Below, piece after piece: positions 20,871 through 29,991 of a DNA stretch of 50,794 bases (the first letter of the stretch is position 1; every line of letters starts with the position of its first letter). A model generated the notes under the pieces. It worked only from the letters and a program-made list of their open reading frames with translations. It had not been told where the DNA came from and made no database searches. The position numbers and the translations under genes were made by a program. The DNA lies in the NCBI GenBank assembly GCA_002346435.1, contig DDZT01000049.1:9341-60134 (forward strand), given 5' to 3'. This stretch comes from Anaerolineales bacterium UBA3001 (GTDB lineage Bacteria; Chloroflexota; Anaerolineae; Anaerolineales; UBA11657).

Positions 20871-20884
20871 CCAAAGCACTGACA

Positions 20885-21748
20885 ATGTATCTGCCAAACC
20901 ACTTTGTGTGGGGTACCCAAACATTTCTAATGGGTGTCATCAATGTTACTCCCGATTCTTTCTCCGGAGATGGTTTAGGTCAAAAGAATGACGTAGTTGC
21001 CCATACGTTAAGACTAGCGACAAAGTTTGTTGAAGCCGGAGCACATGTGCTAGATGTTGGTGGTGAGAGCACAAGACCTGGGAACAAACCCATTACAGTA
21101 AGTGAAGAATTAGATAGAATCATACCAGTTGTTAAGGCACTAGCTGACCATGTTTCAATACCAATATCCGTCGATACAAGCAAATCAATCGTAGCCGATG
21201 CGGCTCTTGATGCGGGAGCATCAATTGTGAATGACATATGGGGACTACGTCAGGATCCAGAACTAGCAAATATAATATATAAGCACAAATCAGCAGTCAT
21301 CTTAATGCAGAACAGCAGTCGACCACTTGAAACAGAATCTGATGAGGTTCTTGGCAGTAGATACAAGAGTACGCTTTATAATGACTTTCTACCAAGCATA
21401 CGATCGGATTTGGAAATGTCAATTGCTATAGCTCTCAATGCCAATATAGACAAATCTAATATAATAATTGATCCTGGGATCGGTTTCGGTAAAAGTGTAA
21501 ATCAAAACATAAGACTTATTAACGAGCTTGATTACTTTACAGAGATTGGCTATCCAATATTAATTGGACCTTCTAGGAAGTCGTTTATAGGATATACCCT
21601 AAATTTACCTGTGGAAGAAAGGCTTGAAGGCACGGCCGCTGCAATTTCAGTAGGTATAGTGCGAGGAGCCGACATGGTGAGAGTACACGACGTAAAACCT
21701 ATATCACGAATAGTACGTATGACCGACTCTCTTGTACGATATATGTAA
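20885..21748 (+). CDS. folP: Dihydropteroate synthase
   Basis: MGVINVTPDSFSGDG, GGESTRPG, DPGIGFGK, SRKSFIG, VRVHDV. Confidence 0.97.
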   Translation: MYLPNHFVWGTQTFLMGVINVTPDSFSGDGLGQKNDVVAHTLRLATKFVEAGAHVLDVGGESTRPGNKPITVSEELDRIIPVVKALADHVSIPISVDTSKSIVADAALDAGASIVNDIWGLRQDPELANIIYKHKSAVILMQNSSRPLETESDEVLGSRYKSTLYNDFLPSIRSDLEMSIAIALNANIDKSNIIIDPGIGFGKSVNQNIRLINELDYFTEIGYPILIGPSRKSFIGYTLNLPVEERLEGTAAAISVGIVRGADMVRVHDVKPISRIVRMTDSLVRYM

Positions 21749-21769
21749 ATTGTAGATCATTTATATGTA

Positions 21770-24031
21770 TCAACCAGGTCTATAACGTTGTACCATTGTT
21801 ACATTGGTTAATTCTTCTACTCTACTAAGAACTCTACTGAGTTGACTTAGATCAGACACCTCTAGGGTAACATTCACATGAACTTCATGTCCTTTGCTAA
21901 ACGTTGATACATCCCCCATGTTGACATATTCATCGGCTACAACAGTGGATATATCACGTAGTAGACCCTCACGATCAAAAGCTTCTATACGTACAGTCAC
22001 TGGATAAACCTTGTCAGGCTTGGCTCTCCACTCAACACTAATCAAACGATCACGTTCTCGTACCCGAAGTATATTTGGACAATCTTTGCGATGTATAGTA
22101 ACTCCACGGACGCGAGTAGTGTATCCTACGATTTCGTCTCCTGGAACTGGATGACAGCATAGAGCTAGACGAGTAAGCAATCCCCTAGTGCCAGAAACAC
22201 TAACTTCCGGAGCCTCGATCTGTAACTGGTGTTTCGCATCTTCTGGTGGTGGCAAGTTTTCAGCTTCATGCTCTGACACATCACGTAATAATTCCACAAT
22301 ACGGTTTATTACGGTTTGCCCATGAATATCACCATAACCTACTGCAGCATAAAAATCTTCTGCTAATTTATACCCAAACATTGCTGGAGTCTCTTCCATT
22401 GAATACCCCTTAATGTTTAACCTTTTTAGCTCACGCTCAACAATAGATCTTCCCGTAGCAATGTTCTCCTTGCGTGCCTGTCGTTTAAACCAAGATCTTA
22501 TCTTTTCACGAGCACGGGCGGATCGCACATAACCAAGATCAGTGTTCAACCAGTCACGACTAGGACCAGCTGTCTTAGAGGTCAATACTTCTACTTGATC
22601 TCCAGACTCTAACAGATGATTCAAAGGAACCAGACTTCCATTAACCTTAGCACCTCGGCATCGTTCACCCACCGACGTATGGATATGATAAGCGAAATCT
22701 ATCGGAGTCGCACCAGTTGGAAGATCTATAATGTCACCACGTGGAGTGAACGCTAGCACCCTGTCAGGAAACAAGTCGGACTTAAGAGCATCAACAAATT
22801 CGTGACCATCGGTCAATTCCTGTCGCCAGTCCATCATGGAACGCAACCAACTTATCCGTCTATTAAAAGATTTGTCCTGTTTGCGTTTGCCATCCTCTTT
22901 GTATCTCCAATGTGACGCTATTCCATATTCTGCGCCCTCATGCATAAGCTCAGTACGTATCTGTACCTCTAATGGATTACCTTCATCGTTAACCACAGTT
23001 GTATGAAGCGACTGATAAAAATTGTCTTTAGGAGTAGCAACATAATCATCAAACTCTCCAGGTATAGGATTCCACAAATGATGAACAACCCCTAAAATCT
23101 GGTAACAATCTGCAATGGCCTGACGCTCCCTTTTATCTGAACTTATTTTAGTGCCTTCTGCATAATCGCTTCTTTCCTTAACAAGGACTCTAACAGCACG
23201 TACATCATGAATTTTGTCAAATGTTATATTCTTACGTTGCATCTTGTTCCATATTGAATAAATATGTTTTGGACGCCCAGTTACTTCAGCAGAAATACCA
23301 TGTTGTTCCAATTCCTTGTGTAATCGAGCCACTGTCGCAGCAATTCGTTTTTCACGTTCAGCCCTATGGCGATTTATAGCTAAAGCAATTTCTTTGTATT
23401 TCTTCGGATTCACATAACGAAAGCCTAAATCTTCCAATTCCCACTTGATCTGCCACATACCTAATCGGTTTGCCAATGGAGCAAAAATATCAAGTGTTTC
23501 CTGAGCTATACGTTGTCTTCTGTTCCGAGGCAAAGAGTTAAGTGTTCGCATGTTGTGCAATCTATCAGCAAGTTTAATTATTACAATGCGTACATCATCA
23601 CTCATCGCCAGAAATGTTTTACGTATATTCTCAGCTTGATCGTCAGAAATGTAATTAGTCTTTCTATCTTCACTTTCTAAGGATTGTTGAGTTACACTAC
23701 TGTCTTGTCGTTGCACCTGTCCAGTTAGCTTTGTTACCCCATCGACCATCAGGCCTACCTCATGCCCAAAAGTCTTTTCAACAGACTGGAGTGACACTGT
23801 CGAATCTTCGACCACATCATGTAATAAGGCAGCAGCCAGCACTACTGGGGGAAGCCCTAATTCGACCAAAATAGCAGCTACTGAGATACTGTGTTCTATG
23901 AATGGCTCTCCGGAAGCACGTGTCTGACCTTTGTGAGCCCTATCAGCAAACTTGTAGGCTTTCTCAACTAAAGAATAGTCTACCGAGTTCAAATCCTTAA
24001 TCAGTTTATTAGAAAATGAGCTAAATTTCAT
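21770..24031 (-). CDS. rel: Long RelA/SpoT homologue, bifunctional (p)ppGpp synthetase/hydrolase
   Basis: Intact LLHDVVED hydrolase motif, KLADRLHNMRTL, YQSLHT, EVQIRT, TGS domain, CCHPVPGD, ACT domain. Confidence 0.96.
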   Translation of the reverse strand: MKFSSFSNKLIKDLNSVDYSLVEKAYKFADRAHKGQTRASGEPFIEHSISVAAILVELGLPPVVLAAALLHDVVEDSTVSLQSVEKTFGHEVGLMVDGVTKLTGQVQRQDSSVTQQSLESEDRKTNYISDDQAENIRKTFLAMSDDVRIVIIKLADRLHNMRTLNSLPRNRRQRIAQETLDIFAPLANRLGMWQIKWELEDLGFRYVNPKKYKEIALAINRHRAEREKRIAATVARLHKELEQHGISAEVTGRPKHIYSIWNKMQRKNITFDKIHDVRAVRVLVKERSDYAEGTKISSDKRERQAIADCYQILGVVHHLWNPIPGEFDDYVATPKDNFYQSLHTTVVNDEGNPLEVQIRTELMHEGAEYGIASHWRYKEDGKRKQDKSFNRRISWLRSMMDWRQELTDGHEFVDALKSDLFPDRVLAFTPRGDIIDLPTGATPIDFAYHIHTSVGERCRGAKVNGSLVPLNHLLESGDQVEVLTSKTAGPSRDWLNTDLGYVRSARAREKIRSWFKRQARKENIATGRSIVERELKRLNIKGYSMEETPAMFGYKLAEDFYAAVGYGDIHGQTVINRIVELLRDVSEHEAENLPPPEDAKHQLQIEAPEVSVSGTRGLLTRLALCCHPVPGDEIVGYTTRVRGVTIHRKDCPNILRVRERDRLISVEWRAKPDKVYPVTVRIEAFDREGLLRDISTVVADEYVNMGDVSTFSKGHEVHVNVTLEVSDLSQLSRVLSRVEELTNVTMVQRYRPG

Positions 24032-24132
24032 GTTTGTCGCATATGGTTATGATTGTTCAGGCACACTTATTGCTACCACTTGTATATACATATGTATTTT
24101 AACACTCGTATTGAAATTGTGTGGAGGTTAAA

Positions 24133-25290
24133 GTGGCAGTAGAGGGTAAAGGTTTTTTTATTTGGCGTATTCTCAATTGTGAAGGAGGCGATGCAGAAGC
24201 AATAGCCTCAAAAGCAGCGGATGCTAATTTAACCCATGTACTGATAAAGATCGCGGACACTAGATATCCATTCGGGTACGATCGTAACAATAATGACCTT
24301 GTTCCTTCGGTAACCCAAGCTTTAAAGAATCGTGGGATTCAAGTCTGGGGGTGGCATTATGTCAAAGGCAACGACCCATCTGGAGAAGCTAGAGTTGCTG
24401 TTGCACGTACTACCGAACTACAATTGGATGCTTATGTGATTGACGCAGAGCATGAATACAAATGGCGCGGTAAAGATGCAGCTGCTAGGCAGTTTATGGC
24501 TGACCTAAGACAGGGATTGCCAAACCACCCTATTGCATTGAGTTCTTACAGATTTCCCACATACCATCGTGAGTTACCCTGGTCTGCTTTTCTGGAAAAA
24601 TGCGACTTTAACATGCCACAAGTTTACTGGGAACAAGCACATAACGCTGGTGCTCAACTTGAGAGATCTGTTGGAGAATTTGATGATGCAAGGCTAGTGG
24701 GTTACCAACGACCTGTAATTCCCACTGGTTCTGCATATGGAGCCGGAGGATGGGTTGCAACGGCAAATGACCAAGAGGTTTTTTACCAAAAAGCCCTAGA
24801 TCTTGGTTTGATTGCCGCAAACACATATTCATGGGATTGGGCCACTAGTTCAGGACACCATGATTTGTGGGATGCAGTTGCTCGATTCAACTGGCCGCTG
24901 TCGACATCCGTGGAACCTAACATTGTAGCTCCTGCACCAACTATTCCAAATGTTCCTAACGACCCTCTTCATAATTATATAGAAGCGCTAAATAATAGAG
25001 ACATTGATTCAATCGCAAGTCTTTATCACGATAATGCTGGACACGTCAATGCTCAGCGCCTTCTATTGGGTATACAATCCATTAAAAATTGGTATCAAAA
25101 TTTACTCCACGAAGTGCTGCCTGCGGGTACATTTGCTATTGATCAGGTGCGCGGCACAGGATCATCATGGACTTTTAATTGGACTTTCCATAGTCCATCA
25201 GGCCAGCTAGCTGGTGGAAAAGACACTCTTGGAATGAGACAGGGTCGCATTCAATATCATTACAGCAGTTTTGGGGGAATACAAACATAA
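24133..25290 (+). CDS. Glycoside-hydrolase-like TIM barrel (GH25-like DxE) with Pro-rich linker and NTF2/SnoaL-like domain
   Basis: HVLIKIAD, VWGWHY, VIDAEHEY, MPQVYW; C-terminal YIEALNNRDIDSIASLYHDNA; GTG 24133 after GGAGG. Confidence 0.6.
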   Translation: MAVEGKGFFIWRILNCEGGDAEAIASKAADANLTHVLIKIADTRYPFGYDRNNNDLVPSVTQALKNRGIQVWGWHYVKGNDPSGEARVAVARTTELQLDAYVIDAEHEYKWRGKDAAARQFMADLRQGLPNHPIALSSYRFPTYHRELPWSAFLEKCDFNMPQVYWEQAHNAGAQLERSVGEFDDARLVGYQRPVIPTGSAYGAGGWVATANDQEVFYQKALDLGLIAANTYSWDWATSSGHHDLWDAVARFNWPLSTSVEPNIVAPAPTIPNVPNDPLHNYIEALNNRDIDSIASLYHDNAGHVNAQRLLLGIQSIKNWYQNLLHEVLPAGTFAIDQVRGTGSSWTFNWTFHSPSGQLAGGKDTLGMRQGRIQYHYSSFGGIQT

Positions 25291-25442
25291 ACACAAGCAA
25301 CAACTTTTTACTAATGCTTAACAGATGACTAAATAATCTATAATAACAGTGTACATCTTGTAAAATTGCGTTAGTTTACCATGATATACTGACATTACAG
25401 CGTAAACATCTATAAACAAATTACTAAACGGAGAATTTAACA

Positions 25443-26891
25443 ATTAAACAGGTCAACTCTAAACGATCGGGAAGTATACTCATAATTGGATCTATTGTGC
25501 TCCTAGGAGTAGGTGGTATAGCTTTAATTATAAGTGCTCTACAACAATTCAACTCTGTAAGCGAACCAGTGGATGATAGCTTGGTTCCGACTGTGTTAAG
25601 TGCAACACTTGATTCAGTTTCTACTTCCACTATTGATACTTCGTTAGGTGAAGAACCTTCGTTAAGTGAAGAACCTAAAGACTTAGCTACCTCTACTAGC
25701 AGCCCAGTGCCAGCACTCACATTCACCTCCACACCTGCATCAACAGCAACTCCACTGTCTGATCAACTAGAGTCGGGCACCAAAACGCTTGAGTTCACTG
25801 ACAATCTTTTTTTTAGAGCTGGACCAGGTATCAACTACGACAAACTAGGCAGTGAGCCCGCTGGATACGTAGCTCCAGTCACAGGTAAATCTGAGGATGG
25901 TAAATGGTATCAGATTGCTTACGGAGCACGTAATCGTGTGTGGGTCTCCGCCGATTGGGTATACATAGAAAGTGGCACAGAAAACATACCAATAGTGCAG
26001 GCTCCTGCTACTCCTACCACTACACCAATCGCTACCGATACCGTAGTTGCAACTGCCACACAAGCATCAGTAAGTATTAACCCTGCTTCTAGTGATGCGA
26101 TTTCTGGCAAAACATTTAGTATAGATGCCAACTTTGTCACTGGTATAAGTACTCCTCGCTTCCTAGTAGGAGAATCGTTTGATGTGGATATGAGAATTGT
26201 AAATTCCAGTAGTTCATATGTGAGCTTTGGTGCCTGGGGCGTCCACACCAATTTATATCCGAACTTTGTTTATATTTTTAACGGAGACCGATCATCTGAT
26301 CAAATAGGTGCCAATACAGAATATAGCTGGGACAATCACCCGATCAGCATAACAAACCCTGGACTGCATTATTTACAAATGGGAATATGCCTTGATAATG
26401 CAGCCAACTGCTTGGGTAGCAAAGCTCCCGGAGACAAGTGGTACATACTCACAGACGCCATACCTGTTACTGTAAGTGAATCGCGACTGTCTCCAGTATC
26501 ATCTGAAGGTAGTCCTATTGAAGGATCGTACTTCTCTGCAGAAAAAACTTGCACTGTAGGCACACCATGTACCACAAGCTATGCTGTTAATGAGAAGATA
26601 TTTTTGAATCTAAGAATACGTAACACATCTGCCGATGACAAAAGCTTTGGTGCCTGGGGAGTTTATGCCAACCCATACATTAAACGTTACTTCAACGGCA
26701 ATGGGGACGCAGATAAAGTGGGCGGGGGTACTGAGTATTCCTGGAGAGACTGGATGTCATTTGATACTGCAGGTACATATGACCTACAAATGGTAATCTG
26801 TTTAGACACAGCAGATTCCTGTAAAACCAGCTTACCTCCCGGGAATAATTGGCATACTCTTTCCGGAGCCATTCCTGTAACAATTAAATAG
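25443..26891 (+). CDS. Membrane-anchored SH3-domain protein with Thr/Pro linkers and two tandem ~130-aa domains
   Basis: N-terminal TM; SH3b-like FRAGPGINY...GKWYQI...WVSADWV; two repeats sharing SFGAWGV, FNG, TEYSW, LQMxICLD, AIPVT; start ATT 25443 inferred, ORF track gives GTG 25497. Confidence 0.7.
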   Translation: MKQVNSKRSGSILIIGSIVLLGVGGIALIISALQQFNSVSEPVDDSLVPTVLSATLDSVSTSTIDTSLGEEPSLSEEPKDLATSTSSPVPALTFTSTPASTATPLSDQLESGTKTLEFTDNLFFRAGPGINYDKLGSEPAGYVAPVTGKSEDGKWYQIAYGARNRVWVSADWVYIESGTENIPIVQAPATPTTTPIATDTVVATATQASVSINPASSDAISGKTFSIDANFVTGISTPRFLVGESFDVDMRIVNSSSSYVSFGAWGVHTNLYPNFVYIFNGDRSSDQIGANTEYSWDNHPISITNPGLHYLQMGICLDNAANCLGSKAPGDKWYILTDAIPVTVSESRLSPVSSEGSPIEGSYFSAEKTCTVGTPCTTSYAVNEKIFLNLRIRNTSADDKSFGAWGVYANPYIKRYFNGNGDADKVGGGTEYSWRDWMSFDTAGTYDLQMVICLDTADSCKTSLPPGNNWHTLSGAIPVTIK

Positions 26892-29689
26892 TGCGCTCGA
26901 CACAGTACAGGCAGGAAAGCCTTTTAAATACCACCGAATTGCTTTTCCAAGAAAGGCGCCCATTCTATGCCACACAACCTGTTAGTTTTGTCATCAATAT
27001 ATTGTTGTTAGCCGTACTATTGATTCTAACTAGCTGCACTACATTTCCACTTAACTCTACACAAACTAACGATGCTGAATGTGTACTAAGCGCCACAATC
27101 TCGAAACAAATTAGTGATGGCTGGTTATTCCGTCTAGACCCTAATGATGTAGGTTTATTAGACGACTGGAAAAATGGTGTTACCGATAAGAATGAATGGG
27201 TTTCATTAACACCCGGTAAACCTTGGGAAGCAAGTGGGTTCGATTACAACGGAGTAGCATGGTACACAACAGAAATCACACTACCTGATTGGCCTGAAAC
27301 TTACCTAGGATTTGGAAAGGTTGACGACTCTGCAACACTGTGGATTAACGGTGACCAAGTAGAAAACTGGGCTAACTTGGGGCCTGAAACCACGCTTGTG
27401 GATTTAGGTAAATACGGGAAAGCTGATGACAAAATTCATTTGTCCATACGGATTGTTGACAAAGGAGGCTATGGTGGTATTAAGCAACCTGTGATTCTCG
27501 GCCAAGACCCTAGAGTAGTAATAACACCTTTACAGTACGCTTCTTTACAAGCGTCTACATATCCGGATTGGCCAATGCCAGCATGGTCAAAAAACGAACC
27601 TTATTCATGGACCATGACGGGAAATTCAAAAGGGTCCGAGGAAGCTCTTGTATCATCTGACGGATCAGTCAGTCCTTGGGCACAAGCACCAAGGACTGAA
27701 ATATGGCTCTATCACAGAAACGAACAGCTTCTGACTTATGCCGATCCAAGCAAAATTAAGTTTTCCCTATCAGGATCACAAGCACCTATACCAACTTGGG
27801 AATGGAAAAGTGCGGACGTAATCGTCACTAACACACTTTTTGGAGATCACAACAATGAAGCTATTCGATGGAAAGTGAAACTTGAAAATGTCGGTCAAAA
27901 TCATATTAAATTAGATATGGTGTTGGCTGTCAGACCCTTTGCAACAAATGCCAACTCTGTGCCTATATGTCAATTAAACACTCAACACAAACAAAAAATG
28001 TGGGTGAACAACAAACCTTTCCTGACTGCTGCTATACCAGCCAAACACACAGGAGCTGACCTGCTAGTCAATACTATGTATGCAGCTTTAAACGGAACTG
28101 TTCCTTCCGGAAAAATTGTAACTGACTCCGCCTATGGGTCTTTAGCTGCCCTATGGTCATATCCTGTTGATATTAATCCGGGCGAGACTAAAGATTTCCA
28201 TTTTGCATTTCCTGAAACTTCTGAAATGGGTTTTCCAAATGTAAGACTTCCAATTGACCAACAACTCAAAAAAACCATAAAGCATTGGTCTCAAGAAACT
28301 GGGAAAGTCACTATAGCACTTCCTGACTCATCGGTACAAAATGCTCTAAACGCATCCTTAGGGTACTTATTACTATCATTAGATCCTGATGGTCCTCATC
28401 CTGGTCCACTTGCACATGATGCAGTGTGGGTAAGAGATGCAGCATACACAGGACTAGCTTCACTCCAATTTGGTCATACGGAAAATGTACGAAATACTGT
28501 TACTTCAACTTTCAAATCACAGGATAAAGATGGGCGCATACCACCAATACGTGGCAAGAACACGCCATGGGATGACAACGAATGGGATTCGCAAGGCCAG
28601 TCAATATTCTTAGCATATCAATATTACCGCTATACCAACAATGTTTCACAAATCAGAGAATGGTATCCAAATATACGTTTGGCCGCATTATATATTTCAA
28701 ACTTAATATCAGAAAACAAAAACCCTGATAATGCAACTAAAGGACTATTGCCGCCAAGTAAAAGTGCAGAGGATTTAGGACCTGCCGATTGGCACCACTA
28801 TTGGGATAACTTCTGGGCAGTTGCTGGACTCGAGCAAGCCGCTTTTATAGCAAAAGAGTTGGGTCAACACGATGATGCTACCTGGATGCTTTTAGAAGCT
28901 AACACTCTCAGAGCAGCAATACTTGATTCTGTTAAGGTGGTTATGGGACCAGATCCTGCATACATTCCTGGAGCAATAGAGTCTACCAATGGATCTGCAA
29001 TGGCACGCGGGACTGTATCTGCATTATGGCCTAGCGAAGTGATTCCAAGAAACACTAACCTAATTTCTAAATCATTTGACACATACCACAAACTATGGAT
29101 AGAACCAGACAATGGAGGTTTTCGCCACTTAGGTGGCCAATTCTGGCCCTACGGCGGTCTTGAGCTAGCCCACGCATACTTGAAAATAAATCGTACTGAT
29201 GTGTTTCATCAAATATTGAGTTGGACTTTACAAAACCAAACACTGCCCGGCACCTACGCATGGGCAGAACAAGTTAATCCATTAAATGGAGGGTTTTCAG
29301 GTGGTGACATGCCACATGCTTGGGCCGCTGCTAGCTACGCTACTCTAGTAAGGGAAATGCTTATATCGGAACACAACAATGCTTTAGTGTTGTTGCAAGG
29401 CGCCCCGGAATGGTGGTTAACTGAATCTCGAGAAATAACACTCAACAATGCTCCAACACACTATGGAAAAATCAACATTCATACACACAATGATATTGTC
29501 CCAACCGAAAACGGGTGGGATGGTAAGCTAACTTTAAAACTGTCTGGTGCAAGTCCACCTGGTGGTTATAGATGGGCTTTGCCGACTCAACCCAATACAA
29601 TTTCGGGACCTTCCGGCACAAGAATCGAAAATGGGGTGCTGATTATACCCAGTGGAAACAATAAAATAGAACTGAGTTTCACACCATAA
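26891..29689 (+). CDS. Probable lipoprotein glycoside hydrolase: GH2-N-like sugar-binding domain plus (alpha/alpha)6 barrel
   Basis: Lipobox LTSC; WLFRLDP...YNGVAWY...GKVDD...WING...GGI; WVRD, EWDSQGQ, SAED, GDMPHAW; true start probably downstream (e.g. TTG 26939). Confidence 0.72.
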   Translation: MRSTQYRQESLLNTTELLFQERRPFYATQPVSFVINILLLAVLLILTSCTTFPLNSTQTNDAECVLSATISKQISDGWLFRLDPNDVGLLDDWKNGVTDKNEWVSLTPGKPWEASGFDYNGVAWYTTEITLPDWPETYLGFGKVDDSATLWINGDQVENWANLGPETTLVDLGKYGKADDKIHLSIRIVDKGGYGGIKQPVILGQDPRVVITPLQYASLQASTYPDWPMPAWSKNEPYSWTMTGNSKGSEEALVSSDGSVSPWAQAPRTEIWLYHRNEQLLTYADPSKIKFSLSGSQAPIPTWEWKSADVIVTNTLFGDHNNEAIRWKVKLENVGQNHIKLDMVLAVRPFATNANSVPICQLNTQHKQKMWVNNKPFLTAAIPAKHTGADLLVNTMYAALNGTVPSGKIVTDSAYGSLAALWSYPVDINPGETKDFHFAFPETSEMGFPNVRLPIDQQLKKTIKHWSQETGKVTIALPDSSVQNALNASLGYLLLSLDPDGPHPGPLAHDAVWVRDAAYTGLASLQFGHTENVRNTVTSTFKSQDKDGRIPPIRGKNTPWDDNEWDSQGQSIFLAYQYYRYTNNVSQIREWYPNIRLAALYISNLISENKNPDNATKGLLPPSKSAEDLGPADWHHYWDNFWAVAGLEQAAFIAKELGQHDDATWMLLEANTLRAAILDSVKVVMGPDPAYIPGAIESTNGSAMARGTVSALWPSEVIPRNTNLISKSFDTYHKLWIEPDNGGFRHLGGQFWPYGGLELAHAYLKINRTDVFHQILSWTLQNQTLPGTYAWAEQVNPLNGGFSGGDMPHAWAAASYATLVREMLISEHNNALVLLQGAPEWWLTESREITLNNAPTHYGKINIHTHNDIVPTENGWDGKLTLKLSGASPPGGYRWALPTQPNTISGPSGTRIENGVLIIPSGNNKIELSFTP

Positions 29690-29714
29690 TTTATCCTAAT
29701 AAACCAATTCAAGT

Positions 29715-29743
29715 TTGACTTGCCCACATAGCAGAGGTATAAT
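29715..29743 (+). promoter_or_regulatory. sigma70/sigmaA promoter of the S1-rpsU-infA operon
   Basis: TTGACT, 17 nt spacer, TATAAT. Confidence 0.85.
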
Positions 29744-29787
29744 GCCCTCCTGATATTTTAGTTATTTCGGAAAAGGAGTGGTGCAAA

Positions 29788-29850
29788 TTGCACGCCTGCA
29801 AGTTGGTGGAACAACTTTCTTACACCAATCAGCAGTCATTTATTGAGTGA
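29788..29850 (+). CDS. Putative 20-aa leader peptide (MHACKLVEQLSYTNQQSFIE)
   Basis: AAGGAG at 29773-29778, TTG 9 nt downstream, TGA at 29848-29850; lies between the promoter and the leader terminator. Confidence 0.35.
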   Translation: MHACKLVEQLSYTNQQSFIE

Positions 29851-29906
29851 GTAATATTGTTATAACCTTACGATTATTTACAACAAAAAACCACAAAATT
29901 AAAGCT

Positions 29907-29948
29907 TCGGCATCTTGTCTGAGTCTTAATGATGCCGATTTTTGTTTT
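29907..29948 (+). terminator. Terminator hairpin inside the S1 operon leader
   Basis: TCGGCATC-N16-GATGCCGA followed by TTTTTGTTTT. Confidence 0.7.
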
Positions 29949-29991
29949 AATTCATATAGATAAATATAGATAAATGCATATATAGAATTAC

